Source: the human T2T-CHM13v2.0 reference genome, Homo sapiens
NCBI RefSeq assembly: GCF_009914755.1
Contig: NC_060947.1
Strand: one strand, 5' to 3'
Length of the DNA stretch: 64,000 nt
Under the pieces are notes generated by a model. The model saw nothing but the letters and a program-made list of their open reading frames with translations. It had not been told where the DNA came from and made no database searches. Of the stretch, positions 17,956-33,150 are shown piece by piece. Every line of letters starts with the position of its first letter. Positions within the stretch are counted from its first letter, which is position 1. The position numbers and the translations under genes are program-made.

Positions 17956-18589
17956 TCAACAACATGCTTATTAGTGTAACAACCTGCTTCATCCCTTCTT
18001 CAATACACTTTTGCCCCACTTTCATTCATGTCCATATTTCTAGCCTCATATCCTGTTCTAATTCCTTGTTTATGAGCTAGTTCTGACTGCTTCCACATCA
18101 GATCTAAGATATCTCTGATTAATTGGGATCCATGGAGAGGGTGTCATCATCATTCTCGGAAGCCTTAGTAACATAGATAGGAATAACTCAAGTTTACATA
18201 AACCCCCCAAGATAGATGTCTACCAAAGTCCTGCCTTTACAAGTGCTCTATATGGGTTTGGAGTGAATCTAACAGAGGCCATATCCAAGAGACAGTATGT
18301 TTAATTTGTAGAGTTTTGAGACTTGTCTGGATCCAATGAGAGATTTACTCAGGGCAGCCTGAAGGAGAAAAGTGAAGAAGAGTTTAAACTATGGTCAATG
18401 AGAGAAGCTGGAAATCAGAAAAGCCAGAAAAAGCAGCACCCATAATTGAAACTGAGGAGTAAGGCAAGGTCACAAACATGAAAACAAAGGAAAAGTTTCT
18501 TGCAGTAACACCAGTTGGAACTTCTCATCATTAACTGTATTTTTCCTAGAAATTTCTACAGAAAATAAAATAAGAATGCTGTGGTCAAA

Positions 18590-18800
18590 AGGGCAGAGTA
18601 TTCAAACAGAAAGCAGAAGAAAACTGCTTTCTCTGTCCAGAGAAACTAAGCTCCGTCACTTACTAATTATATCACATATGGCAAATCACTTAACCTATCT
18701 GAGGCCCTCATATTTTCTTCATATCTAAAGTGAGGATATGAATATAGGTACCCATTTCCTGAAAAATTTTTTTGAGACTCAATGAATTACCAAATATGAA
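18590..18800 (+). mobile_element. MIR SINE
   Basis: ggcaaatcacttaacctatctgaggccctcatattttcttcatatctaaagtgagg matches the MIR core. Confidence 0.65.
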
Positions 18801-18854
18801 GATTTTGGCTTCATAGTAATGTCTGCTTTCAGAGAGATCTATAAGATGCTTCTC

Positions 18855-20475
18855 GAGCAGGGGACCTGCTGGAGGACTCCCCTAAATGTCCCAAGGAAGC
18901 AGAAAACCCTGAAGGGGAGAAGAAGGAGGCAGCCACCTTGGAAGGTGAGAAGACACTTCTTGTGGAGGTGGAAAAGAATAGCACCCTCTCTGAGCCCGGC
19001 TCTGGCCGGGGGCCTCCCCAAGAGGAAGAAGAGGAGGAGGAAGAGGAAGAGGCTGCCAATGAAGATGCTGAGACCCCAGGCATCAGAGATCATGAGAGTC
19101 TGTAGCCACCAATGTTTCAAGAGGAGCCCCCACCCTGTTCCTGCTGCTGTCTGAGTGCTACTGGGGAAACTGGCCATGGCCCGAAAACTGGGAACCCCTT
19201 TCCCACCCCAACCTGCTCTCCTCTTCCACTCACTATTCCCACTCCAAGCCCAGACCATGGAGATTGACCTGGATGAGACAGGTCACCTGGCCCTCCCCTC
19301 TAGGTCCCCATACCCCTATTATCAGAGTCAGAGCCATGTCTTCTGCTCCCTGGGAAGAAATGAGGCTATTATGTTCCTTCCACTTGGAGCTATTCTCCAG
19401 GCTTCTGCTGGGGCCTGGGCCAACTGTTTCCACCTCCTGACATCCTTTCCCCACTCTCTTAGTCATTCTGGGACTCTGGGTTGGGATCAGGGGTGGGAAT
19501 AGAAAAGATGGAGCATAAACAGCAGTGTGGGCTTGTGGGGCCTGGGAGGGGCAATCCTCAAATGGAGGATAGGGGTAGCACAGGAGGGTGGCATCTTCCT
19601 GAGCTCCTGTCCCCTGCTACACCTATTATCCCAGCTGCCTAGATTCAAGTAAAGTGGGACAGCTTGTAGGGGAGGGGCTCCTTTCCATAAATCCTTGATG
19701 ATTGACAACACCCATTTTTTCTTTTGCCAATCCCAAGAGTTCCGGGAGTTGTAGTTTATCATCAAAAGATTTTGGGGCTTCCAAGTTGTTTGGGCCAAGG
19801 ACCTGAGACCTGAAAGGTTGACTTTACCCATTTGGGTGGGAGTGTTGAGCATCTGCCCCCATTTAGATCTCTGAAGCCAGAAATGGGATGCTTGGGAAGG
19901 CCCCTAGCTGCCCTTTTCCCTCTCTGCACAGTGCTGAAGGCCAGCTTATAGTCATATATATCACTCAGATGTAAAGGAAAAGATACATTTTTTAGGAAAT
20001 GTTTTTAATAAAAGAAAACTACCAAAAAAAAATGTAAAGACCCCTAACCCTTTGTGTGCTCCGCATTCTGCTCCTTCCTTCCCCATCGTTGCCCACATTT
20101 CTGAGGTGCACTGGGAGGCTCCCCTACTATTTAGGGCTTTATGACTTTCTTTTTGTAGCTGGGGCTTTGGTGTTCCTTCCAGTGTCATTTCTCATCCACA
20201 TACGCTGACCTGTTCCCCTTAGTGTTGTCACCAGATCCGATTTGTAATCAACTGAGAGGACAGAGGGAAATAAGTGCCCTCTCCCACCCTCTTCCTAGTG
20301 GTCTCTCTATGTCTCTCTTCAGTATCTGGTCTCTTTTACCCTGGCACCTCTCCCTTGGGCTCTGATGAAAAATTGCTGACTGTAACTTTGGAAGTTTAGC
20401 TCTGAGAACTGTAGATGATTTCAGTTCTAGGAAAATAAAACCCATTCATTACCAAAAAAAAAAAAGAAGAAGAAG
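18855..20475 (+). pseudogene. HDGFP1: 5'-truncated processed pseudogene of HDGF (heparin-binding/hepatoma-derived growth factor)
   Basis: 18854-19105 translates to RAGDLLEDSPKCPKEAENPEGEKKEAATLEGEKTLLVEVEKNSTLSEPGSGRGPPQEEEEEEEEEEAANEDAETPGIRDHESL*, which is the HDGF C-terminus. It is followed by a ~1.35-kb 3' UTR, AATAAA at 20434-20439 and poly(A) from 20454; TSD aagatgcttctc at 18843-18854 and 20476-20487. No PWWP domain and no in-frame ATG (TAA at 18842). The HDGF origin is firm; the symbol HDGFP1 is from recollection. Confidence 0.92.
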
Positions 20476-20576
20476 AAGATGCTTCTCAGCACATCGAATC
20501 ACCCTGGGCCATCCACAAAAGGCACACCTTTTCAGTTTGCATTCATAAAAATTAATTCCTGAATGACTTCTATGCC

Positions 20577-22385
<1,809 letters not shown>

Positions 22386-22544
22386 CTTGTGTATCTCTTG
22401 TAGTAGCTTGGTCTCATGGTTCTATTAATTAACTCTTGTGGTGCTCTCATGAGGTCTTTTTCTGCTCAACTGCCTCCTCCCAGGCTCAGGCTGAATTTCC
22501 TTCTTTGGTGAAAGACTCTAGGAATCTCAGCCTGTTTTCTCATG

Positions 22545-22545
22545 T

Positions 22546-22586
<41 letters not shown>
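22545..22586. repeat. (CT)n microsatellite
   Basis: Seen directly. Confidence 0.95.
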
Positions 22587-24420
22587 GCTTCTATCTTCTA
22601 TTTTCATGTTTAGAGTTCTACTGCCTTCCCTCCAAGTGTGGCTTTGATGCTTCAGTTTTCCCCTTTCTTGAATACAGGATCTTACTACTGTAAATGTTTT
22701 ACTGAAGATCAGTGCAGAAAAATAAAAGACATGAAACATAATATAACTCGAGGAGTATCAGTGGATTACAAGCCACAGAATTCTAATAATCATTTCTCTA
22801 TCATTCCAAACTCCCTTGTGGGTTGGGTGTTTTCTCCCAGTAAGTGGAGTTTCAGAGGTGCTTCCATCCTGATTGCCTGATTGCCACTTGAGGGTGCATC
22901 CTATGATGCTTGAAACCCCATCTTCTCATCTTGAATATGGAACACAAGCGTGTTCCCGAAACAAGATATCCTAAATATCCCTTTCTGCAGTAGGCAGCAG
23001 GTATCTCTGACCTCAGAAATATCACACAAGTAACCCATTGCTGACTAAGCCTGTAAGTATTTTATTGCTCACACTGCTACTCATAGCATGTGGCTTCTCT
23101 GCTGCTCAGTTTTTCCATTTTATAATAAAATTTACTCTTCTTTCTAGCTTTCAATCTTCCTGCTTTATTTTTTTATTCTGATTGGTGTCCTACTTCAATT
23201 CAGAAGAGGCTTGGCCATTTCAAAGACCAAGGCAAGCCCTTTGGCCTTTTCCATTCCTCTAGGTATTGTAGCACCAAAGAACAATTGGTCACAAACACAA
23301 TTCTAATACATTCTCTGGGCACAGCCATGTACAAGACTTGAGCTGGCCTCACTGCAGCCATCTCCAGGGAAACCAGAAAAAAAATGTGCATTTTGAGAAG
23401 CTGGAGGTCAAGTCCCTCTGGCACATATTTTTTCCACAACGAATGACACAGGTGGAAGTGACCTAAGCAAAAGTCATATAAACTAAGTCTTAGATGGACC
23501 TGCTTCTCCCCAGCCTACGATCAAAGGTCACCCTGAGCTTTTTCAACTTCCCACACTACTACCAACTGACAGAGAGCTATCACAAACTTTCTTAGCCTCA
23601 CTGCCCAGCTATCTAACTTTTTAAATTGAAATAACAGGTCTGCAGAATTGATGGACTTTTTTCTCCATCACCCAAGCATAAAATTCTCTGACCCAAGGGT
23701 CCATTCATACTTTCAAAACCAAAACAATATTATACCAAAAGAATTCACAGAATTGTGCACTGTTATGTTGTACTTGCCCCATCATATGTAAATATCCTTG
23801 GGATTGAGCTACAAAGTGCTATAAAAAGATACACTATTTGCAGACACTACATATGAAAATGCAATCAGAGATTCTTTCTTATATTTTATTTTTAATTTTT
23901 GTGGGCACATAGTAGGTGCATATATTTATGGGGCATGTGAGACATTTTGATACAGGCTTGCAATGCATAATAATCACATCATGGCAAGCGGGGTATCCAT
24001 TCTGTCAAGCATTTATCCTTTCTGTTAGAAACAATCCAATTACACTCTTTTAGTTATTTTTAAATGTACAATTAAGTTATTGGCTATTTAGTCATCCTGT
24101 TGTGCTATTAAATAGTAGATCTTATTCATTCTTTCTATTTTTTTACCCATTAACCATTCCCACCTGCCCCCAACCCCAGCCCCCTATTGCCCTTCCCAGC
24201 CTCTGATAACCATCCTTCTACTCTCTATGAACAAGAGACGAATTTTGATTTTTAGATTCCACAAGTAAGTGAGAACAGGCGATGTTTGTCTTTCTATGCC
24301 TGGCTTATTTCACTTAACATAATGATCTCCAATTCGATCCATGTTGTTGCAAATGACAGGATCTCATTGTTTTTTATGGCTGAATAGTACTCTATTGTGT
24401 ATATGTACCACATTTTCTTT

Positions 24421-25048
24421 TCTTTTTAACAGATAGTTTGAACTTTTATTTATGTTTAATTTTAATTTTTACAAGATGTCGATAGTAGCTGGCTTATTAA
24501 TGTACATTATTCTTTGATATTTCAGGAAGGCACAGTGTTCAACTGTGAACTACAGAGTCCTGAAAGTTTAAAATCAGTTTGTTTCTCAACCATGTGATAT
24601 CCAGGATTTTTTACAATTACTTTGAGATTTTTCCTCATCAGTAATGCAAAGAAAATTGCAATATGATTATACAATTTTTTTTATTTTTTGAGACAGGTTA
24701 TCACTCTGTAACCCAGGCTTGAGTGCAGGGGTGTGATTGTAGCTCACTGCAGCCTCAAACTCCTGGGCTCAGACGATCCTCCCCCAGCTTCCCAAGTAGC
24801 TGAGATTACAGGCACGTGCCACCATGCCTGGCTAATTTATTTTTTGTAGAAAGAGGGGTCTCACTTTGTTGCCCAGGCTGGTCTCCAACTCCCGGGCTCA
24901 GGCAATCCCCTGCCTGGGCCCCCCAAAGTGCTGGAATTACAGGCATGAGCCACTGTGCCCAGCCTGATATACAATTTCTTTCTGAGACAGAGTCTCGCTC
25001 CGTCGCCCAGGCTGGAGTGCAGTGGCACAATCCTGGCTCACTGCAACC
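24421..25048 (-). pseudogene. Orphan retrocopy: 3' end of a polyadenylated transcript (partial Alu + AluJ + ~250 nt unique sequence)
   Basis: Bounded by a perfect 17-bp TSD tgtaccacattttcttt (24404-24420 and 25049-25065); minus-strand AATAAA at 24445-24450, 17 nt from a short A tail. Confidence 0.75.
24675..24964 (-). mobile_element. AluJ-like element inside the orphan retrocopy
   Basis: J-type phrases (tagctcactgcagcctcaaactcctgggctc); its own TSD tatacaattt. Confidence 0.9.
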
Positions 25049-27074
25049 TGTACCACATTTTCTTTATCCAGTTATCTGTTGATGGAAATTTAGGTTGTTT
25101 CCAAATCTTACATAATGTGAACAGAGCTGCAACAAACATAGAAAGTCAGATATCTCTTTGATATAGTGATTTCCGTTCCTTTGGGTACATACTCAGTAGT
25201 GGGATTGCTGGATCATATAGTAGCTCTATTTTTAGTTATTTGAGAAACCTCCAAACGCATCTCCATAGTAGTTGTACTAACTTACATTCCCATCAACAGT
25301 GTTTGAGGGTTCCCTTTTCTCCACATCATCACCAGCATTTGTTATTCCCTGTCTTTTGGACTTAAGTCATTTTAACTGGAGTGAGATGATATATCCTTGT
25401 AGTTTTGATTTGCATTTCTCTGATGATCAGTTATGTTGAGCACCTTTTCATATACCTGTTTATTATATGCCTTCTTTTGAGGAATGTCTATTCAAATCTT
25501 TTGCCCATTTTTTGAAAGGATTATTATATTTTTTTCCTGTAGAGTTGTTTGAGCTCCTTATGTGTTACTGGTTGTTAATCCCTTGTCAGATGGGTAGTTT
25601 ACAAATATTTTCTCCCATGTTGTGGGTTGTCTCTTCGTGTTATTGATTGTTTCCATTGCTGTGCAGAAGCCTTGTAGCTTGATGTGATCTCATTTGTCCA
25701 TTTTTGTTTTGGTTGCCTGTGTTTGTGAGATATTGCTCAAGAAATTGTTGCCGAGACCAATGTCCTGGGAAGTTTGGCCAGTGTTTTCTTGTAGTAGTTT
25801 CAGTTTGAGGTCTTAGAATTAAGTCTTTAATTCATTTTGATTTGATTTTTATATGTGGTGAGAGACAGGGGTCTAGTTTTCTTCTTTTGCATAAAGATAT
25901 CCAGTTTTCCCAGCACTATTGTATCAAAGAGACTATCTCTTCCTCAGTGCATGTTTTTGGTGGCTTTGCCAAAAATGAGTTCATGGTGGCTGCATGGATT
26001 TGTTTCCAGGTTCTCTACTTTGTTCCATTGGTCTATGTGTCTGTTTTTATACCAATACCATGCTGTTTTGGGTACTAGAGCTCTGTAGTATAATTTGAAG
26101 TCAGGTAATGTGATTCCTCCAATTTTAGTTTTATTTGCTCAGGATAGTTTAGGTGGTCCTGGGTTATTTGTGGTTCCACATAATTTTAGGATAGTTTATT
26201 CTATTTTTGTGAAGAATGTCTTTGGTGTTTTGATAGGGATTGCATTGAATCTATAGATTGCTTTGGGTAGTATAGATATTTTAACAACATTGATTCTTCC
26301 TATCCATGATCATGGAATATCTTTTCATTTTTTGGTGTCCTCTTCAATTTCTTTCATCAGTGTTTCATAATTTTCATTATAGAGATCTTTTACTTATTTG
26401 GTTAATTCCTAGGTATTTGATTTTATGTGTGGCTATAGTAAATCAGATTACTTTTTTATTTCTTTCTCAGATTGTCCACTGTTGGCATATACAAACGCTA
26501 CTGATTTTTGTATGTTGATTTTGTATCCTACAACTTTACTGAATTTATTTATCAGTTCTAATTTTTTTTGTGGAGTCTTCAGTTTTTTCCAAATATAAGA
26601 CTATATCATCTGCAAACAAGGATAATTTAACTTCTTTCATTCCAATTTGGATACCGTTTATTTCTTTCTCTTGTCTGGTTGCTCTAGCTAGGAATTCCAG
26701 TACTATGTTGAATAACAGTGGTGAAAGTGGGCATCCTTGTCATGTTCCAGATCTTACAGAAAAGGCTTTCAGTTTTTCCCCATTCCATGTGTTACTAACC
26801 GTGACTCTGTGGTATATGACTTTTATTATGCACAGAAATTCTGAGTGGTTTGCACCTAGTGCAATATGTTCAAGTATGTAGAAATTTATTATCCACATAC
26901 CAGGAGGGTAAAGAAAGTCTATTGAGAACCAAAGACCTATGATACTCTCTTATGATCCCCAAGGGTTCCTGCATTATCGTTTCACTGGACTCTCTATTTT
27001 AATTCAGTCTAGGGCTATGTTCCACTTTTTCATGGCACATACACTGGTAAAGACTACGCTTTGCCTTTGTGTGT

Positions 27075-27460
27075 TATTTTATTAGCCAGGATCCTTGAGG
27101 AAAACAGATGCCACACATAGACTGGGTAATTTGATAACAGTTTAATAAAAAGACTTTTAAGGTAATTAATAAAAGTGTGGGAAGAATTTCTAATTAAGTA
27201 TTCTGTTACGGACAACAGGGAAGAGCCATTACCATGCCTAGTTTGGAAGGGTTGGGGGGGGTGGTCACTGGAATCCAGAGAGGATAGCAAAAATGTAGGT
27301 AACATAACAAGAGCCATGACAGTCACCAGGCAAAATAAAGTCAACAATGATGACCCTTTAGGGAAGAATCCAGAAGAATAAATACTCTGACTTTAATTTT
27401 TCCCCACCTCCCAATATTGTCCCCATGGCTTCTGTTGGCCAAACCCAACCAGGGACAGAA
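27075..27460. mobile_element. Old MaLR LTR (MLT1-type)
   Basis: gaaaacagatgccacacatagactgggtaatttga...gtttaataaaaagact and ttggccaaacccaacc. Subfamily uncertain. Confidence 0.5.
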
Positions 27461-27509
27461 AACCAATGAGGAAACATTGGACTTAAACTGTATTTTAGAC
27501 CTAATAGAT

Positions 27510-27863
27510 TGCTATGATTTCAAAGCCCCCTCCAAAACTCATGTTGAAATTTAATTGCCATTGTAACAGTATCGAGAGTAGGGGCCTTTAAGATGTGATT
27601 AGGCCATGAAAACTCCACCCACATGTGTGGGTTTAATGCCTTTAAAAAGAGGGCTTTTGAGAGTGAGTTCTTACTCCCTTGTTCGTCTGCTTTCCACCAT
27701 GTGATGATGAAGCAATAAGGCCCTCACCAGATCTGAGCCCCTCAACCTTGAATTTCTCAGCCTCCAGAACTATAAGAAGTAAATATCTGTTTTTAAATAG
27801 ATTACCCAGTATCAGATATTTTGTTATAGCAGCAGAAAACTGACTAAGACAGAAAATTGGTAC
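27510..27863 (+). mobile_element. MaLR LTR (MST-type) plus the first bases of the internal region
   Basis: tgctatg...ctccaaaactcatgttgaaatttaattgccattgtaacagtat to ttttgttatagcagcagaaaactgactaagaca, then gaaaattggtac. Confidence 0.8.
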
Positions 27864-28139
27864 AGACAATTTTATGTCAACAAAGTTAAGTTGTTATCAT
27901 CTAAAAATACCCTGTTATAAGGTTTTTTATGTAAGGCTTGTGGTAACCACAAAGCAGTGTATTTTATGTAAGCCTTGAGGTAACCCAAAAGCAAAATCCT
28001 ATAGTACATACCCAAAAGATAAAAAGTAATGAATCACAGCATACTACTAGAGAAAATTATTTAATTGTGAAGGAATACATCAAGATATGAAGAAAGAAAT
28101 AAAGAATCTGCAAAACAACAAGAAAAAAATTGACAAGAG

Positions 28140-31100
28140 AGCGGCTGGCAATATGGCCAAATAGGAAGAGCTCCGGTCTGCAGCTCCCAGCAAGATCAAC
28201 ACAGTAGGCGGGTGATTTCTGCATTTCCAACAGAGGTACTAGGCTCATCTCATTGGGACTGGTTAGACAGTGGGTGCAGCCTACGTAGGGTGAGCAGAAG
28301 CAGGGTGGGGCATTGCCTCACCCAGGAAGCACAAGAGGTCGGGGAACTCTCTCCCCTAGCAAAGGGAAGCAACGAGGGACTGTGCCTTGGGGAACAGTGC
28401 ATTCCTGCCTAGATACTACACTTTCCCATGGTCTTCAAACCCACAGACCAGGAGATTCCCTCAAGTCCCTACACCACCAGGGCCCTGGGTTTCAAGCACA
28501 AAACTGGGTGGCTCTTTGGGCAGACTCTGAGCTAGCTGCAAGAGTCTTTTTTTTTTTTTTTCGTACACCAGTGGCTCCTGGAATGCCAGCAGGACAGAAC
28601 CGTTCACTCCCCTGGAAAGGGGGCTGAAGCCAGGGAGCCAAGTGGTCTAGCTCAGTGGATCCCACAGCCATGGAGCCCAGCAAGCTAAGATCCACTGGCT
28701 TGAAATTCTCGCTGCCAGCACAGCAGTCTGAAGTCAACCTGGGACACTCAAGCTTGGTGGGGGAAGGGGCATCCGCCATTACTGAGGCTTGAGTAGGCAG
28801 TTTTCCCATCACAGTGTAAACAAAGGCACCAGGAAGTTCAAACTGGACTAAGCCCACCACAGCTCAGCAAAGCCTCTCTAGATTCCTGCTCTCTCAGCAG
28901 GGCATCTCTGAAAGAAAGGCAGCAGCCCCAGTCAGGGACTTATAGATAAAACTATCTACAAGTTTATCAAAAAGTTTATTTAAAAGTTCCTGGCTGCTGG
29001 CTCTGAAGAGAGCAGCAGATCTCCCAGCATAGTGCTCAAGGTCTGCTAAGGGACAGACTGCCTCCTGAAGTAGGTCCCTGACCCTTGTACCTCCTGACTG
29101 GGAGACACTTCACAGCAGGGATCGACAGACACCTTACACAGGAGAGCTTGGGCTGGCATTTTGCAGGTGCCCCTCTGGGAAGAAGCTTCCAGAGGAAGGA
29201 ACAGGCAGCAATCTTCACTGTTCTGCAGCCTCTGTGAGTGATAGTCAGGCAAACAGGGTCTGGTGTGGACCTCCAGCAAACTCCAGCAGACCTGCAGCAG
29301 AGGGGCCTGACTGTTAGAAGGAAAACTAACAAACAGAAAGGAATAGTGTCAACATCAACAAAAAGGACCTCCACACAGAAACCCCATCTGATGGTCATCA
29401 ACATCAAAGATAGATAAATCCACGAAGGTGAGGAAAAACCAGTGCAAAAAGGCTGAAAATTCCTAAAACCAGAACAACTCTTCTCCTCCAAAGGATCACA
29501 ACTCCTCACCAGTAAGGAAACAAAACTGGACGGAGAATGAGCTTGACAAATTCACAGAAGTAGGCTTCAGGGTGGGTAATAACAAATTCCTCCAAGCTAA
29601 AGGACCATGTTCTAACCCAATGCAAGAAAGCTAAGAACCTTGAAAAAAGGTTAGAGGAATTACTAACTAGAATAACCAGTTTAGAGAAGAACATAAATGA
29701 CCCGATGGAGCTGAAAAACACAGGACAAGAACTTCGTGAAGCATATACAAGTATCAGTAGCCGAATGGATCAAGAGGAAGAAAGGATATCAGAGATTGAA
29801 AATCAACTTAATGAAATAAAGCATGAAGACAAGATTAGAGAAAACAGAATGAAAAGGAACAAATAAAGCCTCCAAGAAATACGGGACTATGTGAAAAAAC
29901 CAAACCTACATTTGATTGGTGTACCCGAAAGTGACAGGGAGATTGGAACCAAGTTGGAAAACACTCTTCAGGATATTATCCAGGAGAACTTTCCCAACCT
30001 AGCAAGACAGACCAACACTGAAATTCAGGAAATATAGAACACACCACTAAGATACTCCTCGAGAAGAACAACCCCAAGATACATAATCGTCAGATCATCA
30101 AGGTTGAAACGAAGGAAAAAAATATTAAGGGCAGCCAGAGAGAAAGGTCGGGTTACCCACAAAGGGAAGCCCATCAGACTAACAGCAGATCTCTCTGCAG
30201 AAACCCTACAAGCCAGAAGAGACTGGGGGCCAATATTCAACATTCTTAAAGAAAAAAATTTTCAACCCAGAGTTTCATATCCAGTCAAATTAAGCTTCAA
30301 AAGTGAAGGAGAAATAAAATCCTTTACAGACAAGCAAATGCTGAGAGATTTTATCACCACCAGGCCTGCCTTACAAGAGCTCCTGAAGGAAGCACTAAAT
30401 ATGGAAAGGAAAAAGAAGTACCAGCCACTGCAAAAACATACCAAATTGTAAAGACCATCGACACTATGAAGAAACTGCATCAACTAACAGGCAAAATAAC
30501 CAGCTAGCATCCTAATGACAGGATCAAATTCCCACATAACAATATTAACCTTAAATGTAAATGGGCTAAATGCTCCAATTAAAAGACACAGACTGGCAAA
30601 TTGGATAAAGAGTCAAGACCCATTAGTGTGTTGTATTCAGGAGACCCATCTCACATGCAAAGACTCACATAGGCTCAAAATAAAGGGATGGAGGAATATT
30701 TACCAAGAAGATGGAAAGCAGAAAAAAGCAGGGGTTGCAATCCTAGTCTCTGATTAAACACACAATAAACCAACAAAGATAAAAAAAAAAAAAAGACAAA
30801 GAAGGACATTACATAATGGTAAAGGGATCAATGCAACAAGAAGAGCTAACTATCCTAAATATATATACACCCAATACAGGAGCACCCAGACTCATAAAGC
30901 AAGTTCTTAGAGACCTACAAAGAGACTTAGACTCCCACACAATAATAGTGGGAGACTTTAACAACCCACTGTCAATATTAGACAGATCAATGAGACAGAA
31001 AATTAACAAGGATAGTCAGGACTTGAACTCAGCTCTGGACCAAGCAGAACTAATAGACATCTACACAACTCTCCACCCCAAATCAACAGAATATACATTC

Positions 31101-31361
31101 TTCTCAGCACCACATCGCACTCATTCTAAAATTGACCACATAATTGGAAGTAAAACACTCCTTAGCAAATGCAAAAGAAGAGAAATCATATCAAACAGTC
31201 TCTTAGACCACAGTGCAATCAAATTAGAATCCAAGATTAAGAAACTCACTCAAAACCGCACAACTACATAAAAAATGAATAACCTGTTCCGGAATGATTA
31301 CTGGGTAAATAACAAAATTAAGGCAGAAATAAATAAGTTCTTTGAAACCAATGAGAACAAA
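28140..31361 (+). mobile_element. L1PA7-like element: 5' UTR, ORF1 and ORF2 endonuclease; 3' half missing
   Basis: 5' UTR ggctggcaatatggccaaatagg..., disrupted ORF1 (RAAREKGRVTHKGKPIRLTADLSAETLQARR), ORF2 start MTGSNSHITILTLNVNGLN at 30515; homology stops at gaaaccaatgagaacaaa with no poly(A). Confidence 0.92.
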
Positions 31362-31405
31362 TGGAGAATTGAAATATAAATAAGTTGATTTATTTCTTTA
31401 AATAA

Positions 31406-31756
<351 letters not shown>

Positions 31757-32679
31757 TAGGTATGTTTTAGCAAGATGTAGATTGAGATTCCTATTGAGAT
31801 GTAAAATTGCAGTATGACACAATACGTACCTCAGACGAAAGCTTTAGTTCTTTCTCCAGTGGGTCTTGAAGGTGGCAAGAAACATGTATTATGAAATAAA
31901 TACTCCAGTTCAGTGTCTCTGATTATTCAGATGGAATGTAAATGTGTGGGAAATTGATGGGCTTGGGGAAAAGTGATTATAAGAAGTTAGGAGTATATAT
32001 AAAGAAATGAAGAGCTGGCAGTAGGACGTAATAGGTTTTGTAACTTTCCTCACTTAGAAAGGGTGTAGGATTGGTTTTAGAGTTTCCAGCAGCCCCAGTT
32101 TTAAGGGATGTGTCAGAAGAACCAGCTTGCATCTTGTACTCCATGATTTACACTGGTTAGCAGTGCTAACCAGAAAGATCCAAGGACCAGAAAATTCAAC
32201 TCAAGATCCTCCTGAAGATTATATACGTTCATCCTCGTATAGACCAATGCCTGATGTCAAAATGGCATTGGCTGGTATAGAAAATGCAGGGTTGAAATTC
32301 ATAATGACTCTGAAAAAGGAGACCCTGTATGGACAAGTGAATGAAAATTTATAAGCTCTTTGAGTAGTATATTTAATTCATACACTTCCTCTGGAAATTG
32401 GTTTGAGGGTTTGAGGTCATGGATATTTAGATTTTAATTTGTAGGGCTTAAAAGTGAACCCCTCAAGCCAAAATAATTTCCATGTGATTCAGCCTAATGT
32501 AAACCCTGGTTCAGAAAGCAATACACTAAATATCAAAGAATTATAATATCTAGTGAATATGTATGAACAGAAACCAGGACAATATGAGTGAGAGTAAAGT
32601 GTTAAGATCAGGAGATGGCAGAATGTAAGTCCAGATATAAGAATTCATTGCCATTGGAGAATTTACCTAGGAATAGGAA

Positions 32680-33150
32680 TATTTTTTAACTTTTACTTTG
32701 ACGTAATTTCACACTTAACATGGGTTGGAAAATGGTACAGAGAATCTCCAGATTCCCAATATGTTAGAATGTTAATGTTTTTACCACATTGCTTTATCAT
32801 TTACCCTCTCTCTTCCTCTCTATTCCTCCTTTCCTCCCTCTTTCTTTCCCTACACACACACATGCACATTAATTTTTCTTAACTGCCTGAGATTAAGTTG
32901 GAGACATAATACCATTTAACCCTAAATACTTCAGTGTATATTTCCTAAAATCAAAGTCATTCTCTTACACAATTATAGCACAATTAAAACAAAATGAGAA
33001 TATTAACATTAATACAATGTTTTTAGTAAATCTATTCACCTTAACCAGAGTTAATCAGTTGTCCTAATAATCAATTGCTCCTTTACACTAAAAGAAAGTC
33101 ATGGATGAAAAGTTGCATAAAGTTATCACATTCATTTAGCATACTTAACT
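32680..33150 (-). mobile_element. L1MC-like 3' end
   Basis: ttaaccctaaatacttcagtgtatatttcctaaaatcaaagtcattctcttacacaattatagcac is typical of reverse L1MC4/5 3' UTR. Confidence 0.7.

Larger units (their letters stand above)
23878..26830 (-). mobile_element. 5'-truncated L1MA (L1MA2/3-like)
   Basis: Reverse 3' UTR (ttttgatacaggcttgcaatgcataataatcacatcatgg) and ORF2/RT region (tatcatctgcaaacaagg = LFADDI on minus). Confidence 0.88.

Noticed and set aside
18855-19105. HMGA1-type pseudogene suggested by the acidic tail
   Set aside because: No AT-hooks; the translation matches the HDGF C-terminus (…PGIRDHESL).
22638-22880. ORF containing NTGSYYC, resembling the Ig-domain DxGxYxC motif, with a plausible acceptor at ~22677
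   Set aside because: No first Cys/Trp of an Ig fold or other supporting residues; a 7-residue match is expected by chance.
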